Below are positions 47,878 to 58,044 of a stretch of 64,000 bases of DNA, in pieces; position 1 is the first letter of the stretch; every line of letters begins with the position of its first letter. The position numbers and the translations under genes are program-made. Source of the stretch: Candidatus Latescibacterota bacterium. Lineage in GTDB: Bacteria > Latescibacterota > UBA2968 > GCA-2709665. The stretch spans positions 384,001 to 448,000 of the forward strand of contig CBDDDZ010000002.1 in NCBI GenBank assembly GCA_965226795.1. The letters are read 5' to 3'. The notes beneath the pieces were generated by a model. It searched no databases, was not told the origin of the DNA, and worked only from the letters and a program-made list of their open reading frames with translations.

Positions 47878-50800
47878 ATGCCATTCGTGAGTTCCACACC
47901 AACTTTCCAGGAACTCATTCTCCGCCTCCAGCGATTCTGGGCGGATAACGGGTGTATCATCTGGCAGCCGCTGAGCGAAAAGGTGGGCGCAGGTACGTTG
48001 AACCCGAGCACCGCACTTCGCGTGCTCGGACCCGAGCCCTGGAAGGTAGCCTACGTTGAACCCAGCTTCCGTCCGGACGACGGCCGATTCGGAGAGAATC
48101 CGAACCGGATGCAGATGCATACGCAGTACCAGGTTGTTCTCAAACCCGAGCCAGGCAACCCCCAGGAACTCTACCTGGACAGCCTGGAAGCGTTGGGTCT
48201 GAATCGCCGGCAACACGACATCCGTTTCGTGGAAGACAACTGGGAATCGCCCGCGCTGGGCGCGTGGGGCCTGGGTTGGGAGGTCTGGCTGGACGGCCTG
48301 GAAATCACCCAGTTCACGTACTTCCAGCAGGCTGGAGGCCTGTCGCTCGATCCCGTGCCCGTGGAAATCACCTACGGCATGGAACGAATTGCCATGTATG
48401 TTCAGGACGTGCGCGAAGTCTGGCAACTCCGCTGGAATGAGCACGTCTCCTACGGGGACATTCTCAGGCAGCAGGAAGTGGAGTATTGCAACTACGAGTT
48501 CTTTTACGCAAACGTCAAGCGCCTGCAGACCATGTTCAATCTCTTCCTCGAGGAAGCCAGAGCCGCAATAGACCGCGATCTCGTCATTCCCGCACATGAC
48601 TACGTGTTACGGTGCTCTCACACGTTCAACCTTCTGGACACCCGGGGGGCCATCGGCGTTACCGAACGTGCGCGGTACTTCGCCCAAATCCGCGATCTGG
48701 CAAGACAGGTCGCCGAAGGCTTTGCCAGACAGCGCGAAGCATCCGGTCACCCCCTTATCACGAAAACCGAGGACGCGGCTGCCCCGCAACCGCGACGGGA
48801 CTTTGAATCTCTGGAGCGGGCCGACCTACTTCTGGAAATCGGATCCGAGGAACTTCCGCCCCACGACGTGCGGTCCGGCATCGAACAACTCGAAAGGCGC
48901 CTGCCCGAGCTTCTTCGGGAACAGAGGCTTGGATACGACGGCGTCGAAATTACGGGCACACCCAGACGGCTGGTCGCCAGCGTCAGGAACCTTGAGGGCC
49001 GGCAGCCGGACCAGGAACGCGAAGTGCGCGGACCGGCTGTCAAGGCCGCCTACGACGGCGAGGGAAAACCCACGCGCGCCCTTGAAGGATTCTGTCGCGG
49101 TCAGGGCATTTCTCCAGGTTCCGTGGAACACAGGAAAGACGACAAAGGCGTTGCATACGTCTACGCCCGGCGCCACGAGCCCGGACTTGAAACGCAGGAA
49201 ATCCTGACGGAACTCCTACCCAAACTGATTGCGGGCCTGAACTTCCCGAAAACGATGCGCTGGGACTCCGACGGATTCGCCTATCCCCGACCTATCCGAT
49301 GGATTGTCGCCCTTTTTGGAAACCAGATTATCCCGTTCCACTTCGCCCGGATCCGGAGTGGACGTACCAGCCACGGATCGAGGCCCGAAGGCGCCCCGCG
49401 CGTTCGGCTGGAATCTGCCGATAGGTATCATCTTCAAATGGAAGCACGCGGCCTGATCGTGAACCGCGGGCGGCGAAGAGAGGCTATCTGGAAACAGGTT
49501 CTCGAACAGGCGCGTCTGGTGGGTGGTAGCGTACAGGAAGATCCGGATCTACTCGACGAGGTTACCGACCTGGTCGAAGCGCCCTGCGCGTTGCGCGGCG
49601 GTTTCGATGAATCCCATCTTGAACTACCGGAGGAGGTCCTGGTCACGGTACTCAAGAAATACCAGCGCTACTTCCCTATAGTTCACCCGCAAACAGGCCG
49701 GCTTATGCCCTATTTCGTGGCCGTATCCAACGGCCGGTCGGCCGATTCCGGCCCCGTCATTCGCGGGAACGAGAATGTCGTTCGCGCCAGATATGCAGAT
49801 GCCGCCTTTTTCTACCGGGAAGATGGCCGAAAGCCCCTGGAAGACTACCTGCCGCGGTTGGATACGCTCACCTACCAGGAAGAGCTGGGCTCCGTGAGGG
49901 ACAAGAGCGAGCGAATCGAGCGACTGCTCACGGTCGTCGCCAACGATCTGGGTCTGACGGCATGCGGTACGAACACGGCGAAAAGAGCGGCCCGTCTTTG
50001 CAAAGCCGACCTGGCCACCGGTATGGTCGTCGAAATGACGGCCCTTCAGGGCGTGATGGGCCGCTACTACGCCTTGTTGTCCAACGAGACCGACGCAGTG
50101 GCCACGGCCATCCAGGAACATTATCTCCCCCGGTTTCCGCGCGATATGCTGCCGGCAAGCGAATCCGGTTTTGCGGTTTCCGTAGCCGACCGGCTGGACA
50201 GCCTGGCCGGCCTGTTCTGCGCTGGAATCAAGCCCCGGTCTACCGCCGATCCCTATGGGCTGCGAAGGGACGCGCTGGGCCTGCTGGCACTGCTTATCGG
50301 GAAACGGTGTCACTTCTCCCTTAAGAAGGGCCTCGAGGCCGCGGCAACGGGGTTGCCGATCCGAATCGATACCGATCGATTGAACGACGCTTACAAGTTC
50401 ATCCTGCGCCGCCTGGGCGTACAACTGAAAGAGGAAGGTTTTCGCCACGACGTGGTCGAGGCCACCCTTGCCGGCGGATGCGACGACCCTTTCGGGCTCC
50501 GCACCATTGTGGAGGGCCTCGATCGGATGGTACGTTCGGAAAACTGGACGGAAACGCTTCATGCATACGCACGGTGCAAGCGGATTGTTCGGATCCTCGA
50601 TGAAATCCATCCATTGAATCCGGACGCGGATCCAATCCCTTCCTCGCGCAGCTTACATCAGAATTGGGGGGACGCCCGCCGCAGCATGGACCGTTCGGAA
50701 GACAAGATCGACACCCTGGAAAAAGTGTTGGCCGACCTGCGCGAACCTATAAACAGCTTCTTCGAGGAAGTGCTGGTGATGGACGAAGATCCCGTGCTTC

Positions 50801-50883
50801 GCCGGGCCCGCCTGGCCCTGGTTCAGCGTATCGTCTCTCTCACGGACGGCATTGCGGACCTGAGCAGGCTGGAGGGGTTCTGA
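47878..50883 (+). CDS. glyQS: Glycine--tRNA ligase, fused alpha and beta subunits
   Basis: Alpha motifs [23 protein letters not shown], then beta motifs [26 protein letters not shown], all in one 1001-aa ORF. Confidence 0.97.
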   Translation: MPFVSSTPTFQELILRLQRFWADNGCIIWQPLSEKVGAGTLNPSTALRVLGPEPWKVAYVEPSFRPDDGRFGENPNRMQMHTQYQVVLKPEPGNPQELYLDSLEALGLNRRQHDIRFVEDNWESPALGAWGLGWEVWLDGLEITQFTYFQQAGGLSLDPVPVEITYGMERIAMYVQDVREVWQLRWNEHVSYGDILRQQEVEYCNYEFFYANVKRLQTMFNLFLEEARAAIDRDLVIPAHDYVLRCSHTFNLLDTRGAIGVTERARYFAQIRDLARQVAEGFARQREASGHPLITKTEDAAAPQPRRDFESLERADLLLEIGSEELPPHDVRSGIEQLERRLPELLREQRLGYDGVEITGTPRRLVASVRNLEGRQPDQEREVRGPAVKAAYDGEGKPTRALEGFCRGQGISPGSVEHRKDDKGVAYVYARRHEPGLETQEILTELLPKLIAGLNFPKTMRWDSDGFAYPRPIRWIVALFGNQIIPFHFARIRSGRTSHGSRPEGAPRVRLESADRYHLQMEARGLIVNRGRRREAIWKQVLEQARLVGGSVQEDPDLLDEVTDLVEAPCALRGGFDESHLELPEEVLVTVLKKYQRYFPIVHPQTGRLMPYFVAVSNGRSADSGPVIRGNENVVRARYADAAFFYREDGRKPLEDYLPRLDTLTYQEELGSVRDKSERIERLLTVVANDLGLTACGTNTAKRAARLCKADLATGMVVEMTALQGVMGRYYALLSNETDAVATAIQEHYLPRFPRDMLPASESGFAVSVADRLDSLAGLFCAGIKPRSTADPYGLRRDALGLLALLIGKRCHFSLKKGLEAAATGLPIRIDTDRLNDAYKFILRRLGVQLKEEGFRHDVVEATLAGGCDDPFGLRTIVEGLDRMVRSENWTETLHAYARCKRIVRILDEIHPLNPDADPIPSSRSLHQNWGDARRSMDRSEDKIDTLEKVLADLREPINSFFEEVLVMDEDPVLRRARLALVQRIVSLTDGIADLSRLEGF

Positions 50884-51030
50884 GGCGGAAACACGTCGCG
50901 CATTCGTCGGATTGATTCGTACCGGAATACCTTCCAACTTACCTTGAATTCGATCGAGCCCACCGTGGCGCGACATCCGGCCTCAAGGGGCACCAACGCC
51001 GACCGACTCTTTAGCTAATTTTTCGTTCTC

Positions 51031-51612
51031 ATGCGCATCATCACGGGCAAACTCAAAGGCCGGACCATTCCGTTTGACGTCAGGAAACACGGCAACGCCC
51101 GCGTAACGCCGGGAAGGATCAAAGAGGCCGCATTCACGATTCTGGGCACCAGACTTGAACATCTTCATTTTCTCGACCTCTTTTCCTGTTCGGGCCAGAT
51201 CGGACTCGAGGCGTACAGCCGCGGCGCCAGGGTGCTTCTGAACGAACCGAATCGTGGCAGGCACGGCTTTATTTTAATGCTGTTGAAGGACTGGGGTTTG
51301 GAAAAACAGATACGCCTGCTGAATCAGCCCGCCGAGAGACTCCTGCCTCTGCTTGAGTCGGAACAACGGCTTTTTGACGTTATATACGCGGATCCGCCGT
51401 ACCTGCAACGACTGGACGACGTTCCGTTCGCCCTCGCCATGCTCATCCGTCTGAGCGGATCCGCCCTCGTTGCTCCATCGGGACATATCCTCATTCAACA
51501 CTTCGCAGGCCTGGAGTTGCCCGCCACCGTCCGGCATCTTTCATTGCGCATGCGTAAGACCTACGGCGTCACTTCGTTATCCATCTACCGAAAGGTGGGC
51601 CGAGGCCAGTAA
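51031..51612 (+). CDS. rsmD: 16S rRNA m2G966 methyltransferase (RsmD family)
   Basis: MRIITGKLKGR, LDLFSCSGQIGLEA.SRGA, DPPY, YG.T.L. Confidence 0.88.
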   Translation: MRIITGKLKGRTIPFDVRKHGNARVTPGRIKEAAFTILGTRLEHLHFLDLFSCSGQIGLEAYSRGARVLLNEPNRGRHGFILMLLKDWGLEKQIRLLNQPAERLLPLLESEQRLFDVIYADPPYLQRLDDVPFALAMLIRLSGSALVAPSGHILIQHFAGLELPATVRHLSLRMRKTYGVTSLSIYRKVGRGQ

Positions 51613-51633
51613 GCCCCTTTTCGAAATATCCAT

Positions 51634-51662
51634 TTGCTTTTGTACCCTGTTGCGTGTATTCT
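51634..51662 (+). promoter_or_regulatory. Sigma70 promoter of the small UGA-containing gene
   Basis: TTGCTT-17 nt-TATTCT. Confidence 0.5.
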
Positions 51663-51700
51663 TTTAACATCCAACCCCAATTCGGAAAGGAGCCGACCAC

Positions 51701-51979
51701 ATGAATACCATGCACGAGTCCATCGAATTCCGTCCCCGCGGGCGAACGCTTGCCATAGGCGGTATCCCCTGGCTGCCGCGGATTACGGACAAAGCCCGGG
51801 CAATGCTGCGGAACAACATCGGCGACTATATCTACCCCTGACCCGCCGACCAGAAGTTCCTGGAGGAACTCGGCATGCCGGCGGAAAAATTCACGCAAAT
51901 CGTTTCCGAATGTAAACTGGATGAGGAAGTCATCGAACGCGTCCGCCCTTATTACGAAAAGTCACAAAAGGTAAAATAG
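51701..51979 (+). CDS. DUF5069-like small protein with in-frame TGA (candidate selenocysteine, codon 47)
   Basis: RBS AAGGAG; MNTMHESIEFRPRGRTLAIGGIPWLPRITDKARAMLRNNIGDYIYP-TGA-PADQKFLEELGMPAEKFTQIVSECKLDEEVIERVRPYYEKSQKVK*; hairpin 51845-51874 directly after the TGA. Confidence 0.75.
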
Positions 51980-51987
51980 GAATATAA

Positions 51988-52014
51988 AAGCCGCCATGCG
52001 CTGCGTGGCGGCTT
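51988..52014. terminator. Hairpin / probable terminator
   Basis: AAGCCGCCATGC-GCT-GCGTGGCGGCTT, 8 nt after TAG 51979. Confidence 0.55.
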
Positions 52015-52213
52015 CGCTCGTTTGTCTCCGAAAAATGCTTTCATCTCCCATCTCCCGATTTACGCCCCATAGAATCCGGCCTCCCGTCGCCGGTCGTCAG
52101 ACCCTGTCAAACCAACCTGGCATTCAAGCTCCTCTATATCAATCGACAACCGTTGCATTTCATCCACGCCGTCCTTCATCAGGCGTCCACCCAGATTCCT
52201 TCGCTGCATCGCG

Positions 52214-53158
52214 CTAGCACCTCCCGCCCTCCGGCAGGGCCTGCCGTGCCAGCGCACGAACTTCGCCGGACCCCATACGAAGCAACCCGTCGATTCCGAT
52301 CACGTCGGCCCCTAAGAGCTGCGGACATTCCTGGGCAGCCAAATCGTAAGCTTCCAGGACATCGTAATTTACACCTCTGTATCGGTAGAGATGGCCCAGG
52401 CTCTCCAGCTGTCCGCTTCGTCTGAGCGAATTCGTTACGCCCATCTTGAAATAATACAACTGCCGATCTCTCTTGTCTCCCCACCTCAACGTATCCGGCT
52501 CAGGGATATACGCCATCAACCTGTCCAGTTCCGCCTGGAAGGCCTCGATCTGGCCATCGACCATCTCCAGCAGCCCCCGAAGGACCTCCCTGCGAGCGGC
52601 TTCTTTTTCATCTTGAAGCATATCCTGTAGCACCAGCGCAGCCTTGCCGTAAAACACGTAACGTTCACGCTTCCCCTCTCCGAACAGATCCATTTCAATG
52701 GCTTCGGCTTTGCGCGCCAGCTCCTCCAGGTCAAGGTGGTCATCGCCCACACCGGCGTAGTCGTCATCCGCACGCGCCACCTGAATTCCCACCAGCAACG
52801 CCCGCTCGACAATCTGCATCATGTTTTCCGCCGGATCAAAAGCCCTGAGGTTCCGGGACTGTTCTTCATGGGCGCCCATTCCGCCGGCGCCGTGTGTAAA
52901 CCCCCGACTGACCAGTACCTGTTCCGCCTCTATCCCCAGGCGGACCAACAATTCGCGCAGCACGCCGCCCAATATCGGATGGCTTGCGGCCGGCAGGTAT
53001 TCCTCACGGCCTTCGGTCACCAAATCCGCCACTTCTGCCGCCAGTGCTTCGTCGCCCTCAGGATGCACCTCGCTTCTCAAACCCCTTCCACGTGTCAGGC
53101 TGAAAACAACCACGAGAATCAACAGGACAATCAGAACGACATAGACCATTTGCGGCAT
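52214..53158 (-). CDS. Hypothetical protein with N-terminal membrane anchor
   Basis: 314-aa ORF, hydrophobic N-terminus, RBS GAGGGAG. Confidence 0.75.
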   Translation of the reverse strand: MPQMVYVVLIVLLILVVVFSLTRGRGLRSEVHPEGDEALAAEVADLVTEGREEYLPAASHPILGGVLRELLVRLGIEAEQVLVSRGFTHGAGGMGAHEEQSRNLRAFDPAENMMQIVERALLVGIQVARADDDYAGVGDDHLDLEELARKAEAIEMDLFGEGKRERYVFYGKAALVLQDMLQDEKEAARREVLRGLLEMVDGQIEAFQAELDRLMAYIPEPDTLRWGDKRDRQLYYFKMGVTNSLRRSGQLESLGHLYRYRGVNYDVLEAYDLAAQECPQLLGADVIGIDGLLRMGSGEVRALARQALPEGGRC

Positions 53159-53457
53159 TCTCCCTCTTACTGGTCAACATGACCTTCGGACGCAAAGAAG
53201 CACGAAAATTGTCGTTTTAACCGAAGGGTGATCCTCCAAACGTCCAGCATTCAGCGGTCAGCCCCCTCCCACCGGACCCCAACATTCGGTAAGAAGGTAG
53301 ACGTAGGGCGCTAGACGACCACACCCGGCCCCAACGGGCTTTCGCGCTTTTGCTTTTCTAACTTCCTCCGTCTCACGTCGTGCGTCTTGCCGTGGGTTGA
53401 GTAGGATGGGTGGGCCGACGGCGGACAGCTTGTATTCAAACCTGAATTACGCGGTTG

Positions 53458-55155
53458 CTACGCGCGGAACAGCTCCCCCAGGCGCCGGCCCAGGAACCGT
53501 CCGGCCATAAAGAGGCTGAGCATGAGAAGCAACATTCCCAGCATGCCCATTGCGCTGGCAATATATGGACCATCCGCGATCCTGCCCATCAGTGCGTAGA
53601 TTGCTTTTGTAATGGGGTAATATTGCGCCTTCAGCGCAAGTATCAGGCTATCACTGACCTCAAGCATGGCGAAAGAAAAACAGAGAATGGCCCCGGCGAC
53701 CAGATTGGCCAGAATGAGCGGGAAGGTAATCTGTAAGGTCGTCCGAAAGGGTGAAGCGCCCATATTCCGGGCGGCTTCCTCAAGGGCTACACTCGTTTGC
53801 TGGAATCCGGCGTAAGCCGACCTGACCATATACGGCAGCCGTCTAACCGTGTACGCTATAACAAGCAGTGGCACGGGATTGTGTCTTGCATCCAGAAAGG
53901 TGCCCGAATATCCCGCCAGATATCCGAAGGCCAGCACCGGACCCGGCAGGGCCAGCGGCAACATCGCAACCGCATCAAGCGCCCCCCTGAACGGGACGCG
54001 GGTGCGGGTAAGCAGATAGGCAATGGCTATGCCAAGTATCACGTCGCAGATTGTGCTCAACGTACTCAACATCAGGCTCATTGTAATGCTGGGGCCGGCT
54101 ATCGGATGCCGATAAACCAGCGGATAGTACTTGCCTGTGATTTCCTGGGGCCAGATCGACATAAACCAGCGCTCGGAAATCGAGGTAAGAAAAACGCTTA
54201 CGTGAGGGATCAGCGCAATAACCGTCAACGAAACCATAGTCGCATAGATTAGCGCGGTCATCCTGGTGGATGCACGACGCGTTGCTGACCCCACGTGTCC
54301 ACGCGCCACCATTTCGTACCGTTTATTGCCGAGTAATAGTTTGGACAGGTAGAAAAACAACACGGTCAGCAATACCAGGAATACCACGAGCGCGTATGCC
54401 ATGGGATTTTCATTGATGTCTGAAATGGCGTTGAATATCTCGACCATGACCACCTGCCGATAGTTGAAAATCAGCGGTGTCCCAAGGTCCGTAAACGCCC
54501 ATATGAAGACAATGATCGCGCCGGCAAAATAACCTGGCAACATCAGCGGAAAGGTTACGGTGCGAAACAGCCTGAAACCGCTGGCGCCCATATTGCGGGC
54601 GGCCTCCTCGAGGCTGGGGTCGATATTCGCCAGCGCCGCAGCCACGTTCAGGAACATGATGGGATAAAGGTGCAACACCTGCAGAATGACCACTCCCGTA
54701 AACCCGCCACCGAACCAATCGATCGGTTGATCGATGATTCCCAGTTGGATTAACAGCAGGTTGATGGATCCGAATCGGGCGAACATCTGTTTCATCCCGA
54801 TCGCGCCCACGAACGGCGGCAGGACCATCGGCACCAGGATCAGACCGTTCAGGAGGTTTTTCCCCCTGAAGTCGTACCGTACCAGCAAGAAGGCGATGGG
54901 CAGGCTCAGGAGTGTGGTTGCAATCGTCGTGAACATGCCCAGGCGGAAACTGTTCAGGATCATCTCCCGATAGACCGGATTGCTTGCCATCAGCTCAAAA
55001 AACACGAGCGAGATTTCTCCGTTCACCCACAGGGCCCGCACAAAAGCATACCAGAGCGGATAGAACAGAAAAAAAACAAAAAAGGCAAACAATCCCCCAA
55101 GAAAGAGGATCCTGGACCAGTTCAAGTCGTAACGATTAAGCAGTACTGTTTTCAC
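53458..55155 (-). CDS. Fe3+/thiamine-type ABC transporter permease (FbpB-like, duplicated domain)
   Basis: Two LEEAARNMGAS EAA motifs, about 12 TM helices. Confidence 0.93.
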   Translation of the reverse strand: MKTVLLNRYDLNWSRILFLGGLFAFFVFFLFYPLWYAFVRALWVNGEISLVFFELMASNPVYREMILNSFRLGMFTTIATTLLSLPIAFLLVRYDFRGKNLLNGLILVPMVLPPFVGAIGMKQMFARFGSINLLLIQLGIIDQPIDWFGGGFTGVVILQVLHLYPIMFLNVAAALANIDPSLEEAARNMGASGFRLFRTVTFPLMLPGYFAGAIIVFIWAFTDLGTPLIFNYRQVVMVEIFNAISDINENPMAYALVVFLVLLTVLFFYLSKLLLGNKRYEMVARGHVGSATRRASTRMTALIYATMVSLTVIALIPHVSVFLTSISERWFMSIWPQEITGKYYPLVYRHPIAGPSITMSLMLSTLSTICDVILGIAIAYLLTRTRVPFRGALDAVAMLPLALPGPVLAFGYLAGYSGTFLDARHNPVPLLVIAYTVRRLPYMVRSAYAGFQQTSVALEEAARNMGASPFRTTLQITFPLILANLVAGAILCFSFAMLEVSDSLILALKAQYYPITKAIYALMGRIADGPYIASAMGMLGMLLLMLSLFMAGRFLGRRLGELFRA

Positions 55156-56227
55156 CTTCGTCCTGTAGTATGGAAATCGCGTCCTGAGCGAACCGGATGG
55201 TGACCCGATCGCCCGGGAATGCTTTCTGAACCAACGGGTGGCGGTCTAACAGTTTCACCTGCGTCCCGTCGGGCAGGTCCACAACATACTGTTCCATCTC
55301 GCCAAGATAGATCGTGTTCCGGATCGTTCCGGATACGACATGATCTGCTTCGCCCGGCCTCCCCACGAGGAATTCCATGGCTTCGGGCCGAATGGCGCAT
55401 AACACGCGGTCGTCTTTCCGGATGCCGTCGTAACCCGGCCGGCCATAGAGCAACCCCGCAGGCGTCTCTACGCCGACTTTTTCGCCCAATCGCACAACCT
55501 TGCCCGAAAGCAAATTTATTTCACCGATGAAATCCGCGACAAATCGGTTGTTGGGCCGCGAATACAACGTCCGTGGAGCGCCCGATTGCACCACCCGCCC
55601 AGCCTGCATCACGGCGACACGATTGGCCATCGCAAGCGCCTCTTTCTGATCGTGGGTCACATAAATCATGGTGACGCCGAGGTTTCGATGGAGCGCCTGG
55701 ATCTCCTCCCGCATCTCCAGTCGCAAACGGGCATCGAGATTGGAAAGCGGCTCGTCCAGCAACACCACGTCGGGTTCGATCACCAGGGCCCGCGCCAGCG
55801 CCACGCGCTGCTGCTGTCCACCCGACAGCTGGTTGGGGGACCTGTCCCTGTAGGCTTCCATGCGCACCATTTGCAAAGCCAACCGGATCCGTTCAGCGCG
55901 TTTTTGGGGTACAATGTTGCGCATGGAAAGGCCGTATTCCACGTTTTTCCAGACCGTCATGTGCGGCCATAGGGCATAGTTCTGGAAGACCATTCCCGTG
56001 TTCCGCTTTTCGGGCGGTACGTCGGTGACGTCCCGGTCGTCAAAAAACACCCGGCCGTGTTCCGGTCTGTAGAATCCGGCGATCAATCTCAATAACGTGG
56101 TTTTGCCGCATCCTGAGGGTCCCAGCAGAAAGAAAAACTCGCCCTTTTCGATTTCCAGATCGACGCGTTCCACAGCGACGACGCTGCCGAATCGTTTTGA
56201 GACATCCTTCAGGCGAACACGAACCAT
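55136..56227 (-). CDS. ABC ATPase (FbpC/PotA-like)
   Basis: GPSGCGKT, FQNYALWPH, LSGGQQQR, LDEPLSNLD, TOBE-like tail. Confidence 0.95.
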   Translation of the reverse strand: MVRVRLKDVSKRFGSVVAVERVDLEIEKGEFFFLLGPSGCGKTTLLRLIAGFYRPEHGRVFFDDRDVTDVPPEKRNTGMVFQNYALWPHMTVWKNVEYGLSMRNIVPQKRAERIRLALQMVRMEAYRDRSPNQLSGGQQQRVALARALVIEPDVVLLDEPLSNLDARLRLEMREEIQALHRNLGVTMIYVTHDQKEALAMANRVAVMQAGRVVQSGAPRTLYSRPNNRFVADFIGEINLLSGKVVRLGEKVGVETPAGLLYGRPGYDGIRKDDRVLCAIRPEAMEFLVGRPGEADHVVSGTIRNTIYLGEMEQYVVDLPDGTQVKLLDRHPLVQKAFPGDRVTIRFAQDAISILQDEGENSTA

Positions 56228-56304
56228 GGTTTGTCCTCAAGTCCGGAATTACTGGAGTCATTCCAATGGAGGACGGTCGCCGCCGGAGCCGAAACCCTTC
56301 TCCC

Positions 56305-57867
56305 TCAGGAACCGGAGTGTCGGCGACGGAACTCCCGCCAATACATGACAGATGCGCACGAAATGATCAACAGCACCAGAATCGGTGTTGGAACAATGAA
56401 GATGTCAAGGGCACTCAGTAGAATCACAACGCCGAGTACCGCGGGTACGAGGTACCGTCGAACCGTTCGGGGCGAGATCTTTTCGAGGTAGAGTACCATG
56501 GCGCCTGCAAGGCTCAGCGGAAACAGAAGTGTCAGCCAGTCCAGAAGACGCGTTTGAATCGGAGGCTGAACATCGCCGTATTTGTTGCGGGCGAATTTCG
56601 TCCATGCCGCCAGGGTTTTGTTGCGCAGTTCCGAGTCCCGCCAACGGGCACCCAGGCGGCCGCAGGCTTCCTCGCTGACGGGTACAGCAGAGAGCCGGCC
56701 AACGCTCCCGGGAGTAATTCCTTCTCTGATTGCCGTTTTCCAGGCGGTTTGAAGCTGTTCGTGGGAATCGATCACCATAACTCCGATCAGATCGTTTAAC
56801 ACGCGCCACCGGGCGGACGCTTTTTCCGAGTCATAGACGAGATCCGATGTCCACTCGAACGGGTTAAGCGAAACGGCGGCTTCATCGCTGTACCGCCGAT
56901 AAAGGTCGGGCAATACCGTAAACCTGTTCAATGCGGTTTCCACTGGGCCACCCGAAACTCCTTTTTTCAGAAACCAGAGTTTCTGGCCCGCATCCGACAT
57001 GACAAACTCGACGAATCTCCGCGCCGCCGGCAGGTTGGGTGCGCCCTTAAGGATGGCCAAACCGTCGGGATTGACGATGGTCAAATTGTCGGGCATCGTG
57101 AATCCAATGTATTCTTCTCCTACGTGGCTTACCTGGGCCCAGGCATAGAAGTCGATGGACAGACCGTAGGCCACCTCGCCAGCGGCAACATCCTTGGGCG
57201 CCTGGGAGCCGCCGGAGGCGAAGTTGCGGACATTGGCCCCCAGCGTGGTAATGACCTCCCAACCCCGCTCCCAACCGTATGCCTGCAGCATCAACTCATA
57301 AGCCATGTGCACGCTGCCACTGCTTCTGGGATCTCCCGACCCCACCCACGAAAACAACCTCGGATCTCCCAGATCGGCCCAGGTTCGGGGTATCGGCAGT
57401 TTCACAAGCTTGAGTACGGCCCGGTTGTACACAATTCCGAAACCCGCCAGGGTGGCGCCGTACCAGCGGTAATCGGGATCGTATAATGGCACGCCGCCGA
57501 TCTTTTGTGGCAAACGATCCAGTAGATCGAACGGAAGGCGATGAGCCGAGCAGAGGCCCAAATCGGCAATTTCCATAAACGGATCCATGCCTCCGCCGAA
57601 GAAAATATCGATACCGATTCCACCCGGCGCCCGTTTGTACTCCGATTTGATATACCTCAGAATCGAACTCGTGCCGCCTCCGACGTTGAGCCATTCCAGG
57701 ACGATCTCCCGGCCGGTCAGCCTGGCATAGTGAGATTTAAACGCCGTCTCGAATTCGTTCTGTACGCCGTCCGGATGTGGCGAAATCAACACCAGCCGAT
57801 CCATCGCGAAAGGAGTGGCGGGATAGAGGGCACAGAAGCAAATCAATGGTAGAATTCGAAACTTCAC
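56305..57867 (-). CDS. ABC substrate-binding protein (Fe3+-type) with C-terminal TM helices
   Basis: ISPH, DIFFGGG, PRTWADL, DPRSSGS; hydrophobic C-terminal segments; GTG start 57867. Confidence 0.88.
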   Translation of the reverse strand: MKFRILPLICFCALYPATPFAMDRLVLISPHPDGVQNEFETAFKSHYARLTGREIVLEWLNVGGGTSSILRYIKSEYKRAPGGIGIDIFFGGGMDPFMEIADLGLCSAHRLPFDLLDRLPQKIGGVPLYDPDYRWYGATLAGFGIVYNRAVLKLVKLPIPRTWADLGDPRLFSWVGSGDPRSSGSVHMAYELMLQAYGWERGWEVITTLGANVRNFASGGSQAPKDVAAGEVAYGLSIDFYAWAQVSHVGEEYIGFTMPDNLTIVNPDGLAILKGAPNLPAARRFVEFVMSDAGQKLWFLKKGVSGGPVETALNRFTVLPDLYRRYSDEAAVSLNPFEWTSDLVYDSEKASARWRVLNDLIGVMVIDSHEQLQTAWKTAIREGITPGSVGRLSAVPVSEEACGRLGARWRDSELRNKTLAAWTKFARNKYGDVQPPIQTRLLDWLTLLFPLSLAGAMVLYLEKISPRTVRRYLVPAVLGVVILLSALDIFIVPTPILVLLIISCASVMYWREFRRRHSGS

Positions 57868-58044
57868 GGCTGGTCCCCTGGCATCGATTCTGGTGTTAAT
57901 TCCCTTCCTGCAAACCCGGTCGGAATGGTACCGAAGCGCCCCATCCATGTCAATTTCTTTTTATGGTCATCCGGCTTTGCGCAAAATAAAAACGTCTCAG
58001 TCCGCAGGACTGAGACGTGTGTGCCAGGCGATGAGACAGACGAT

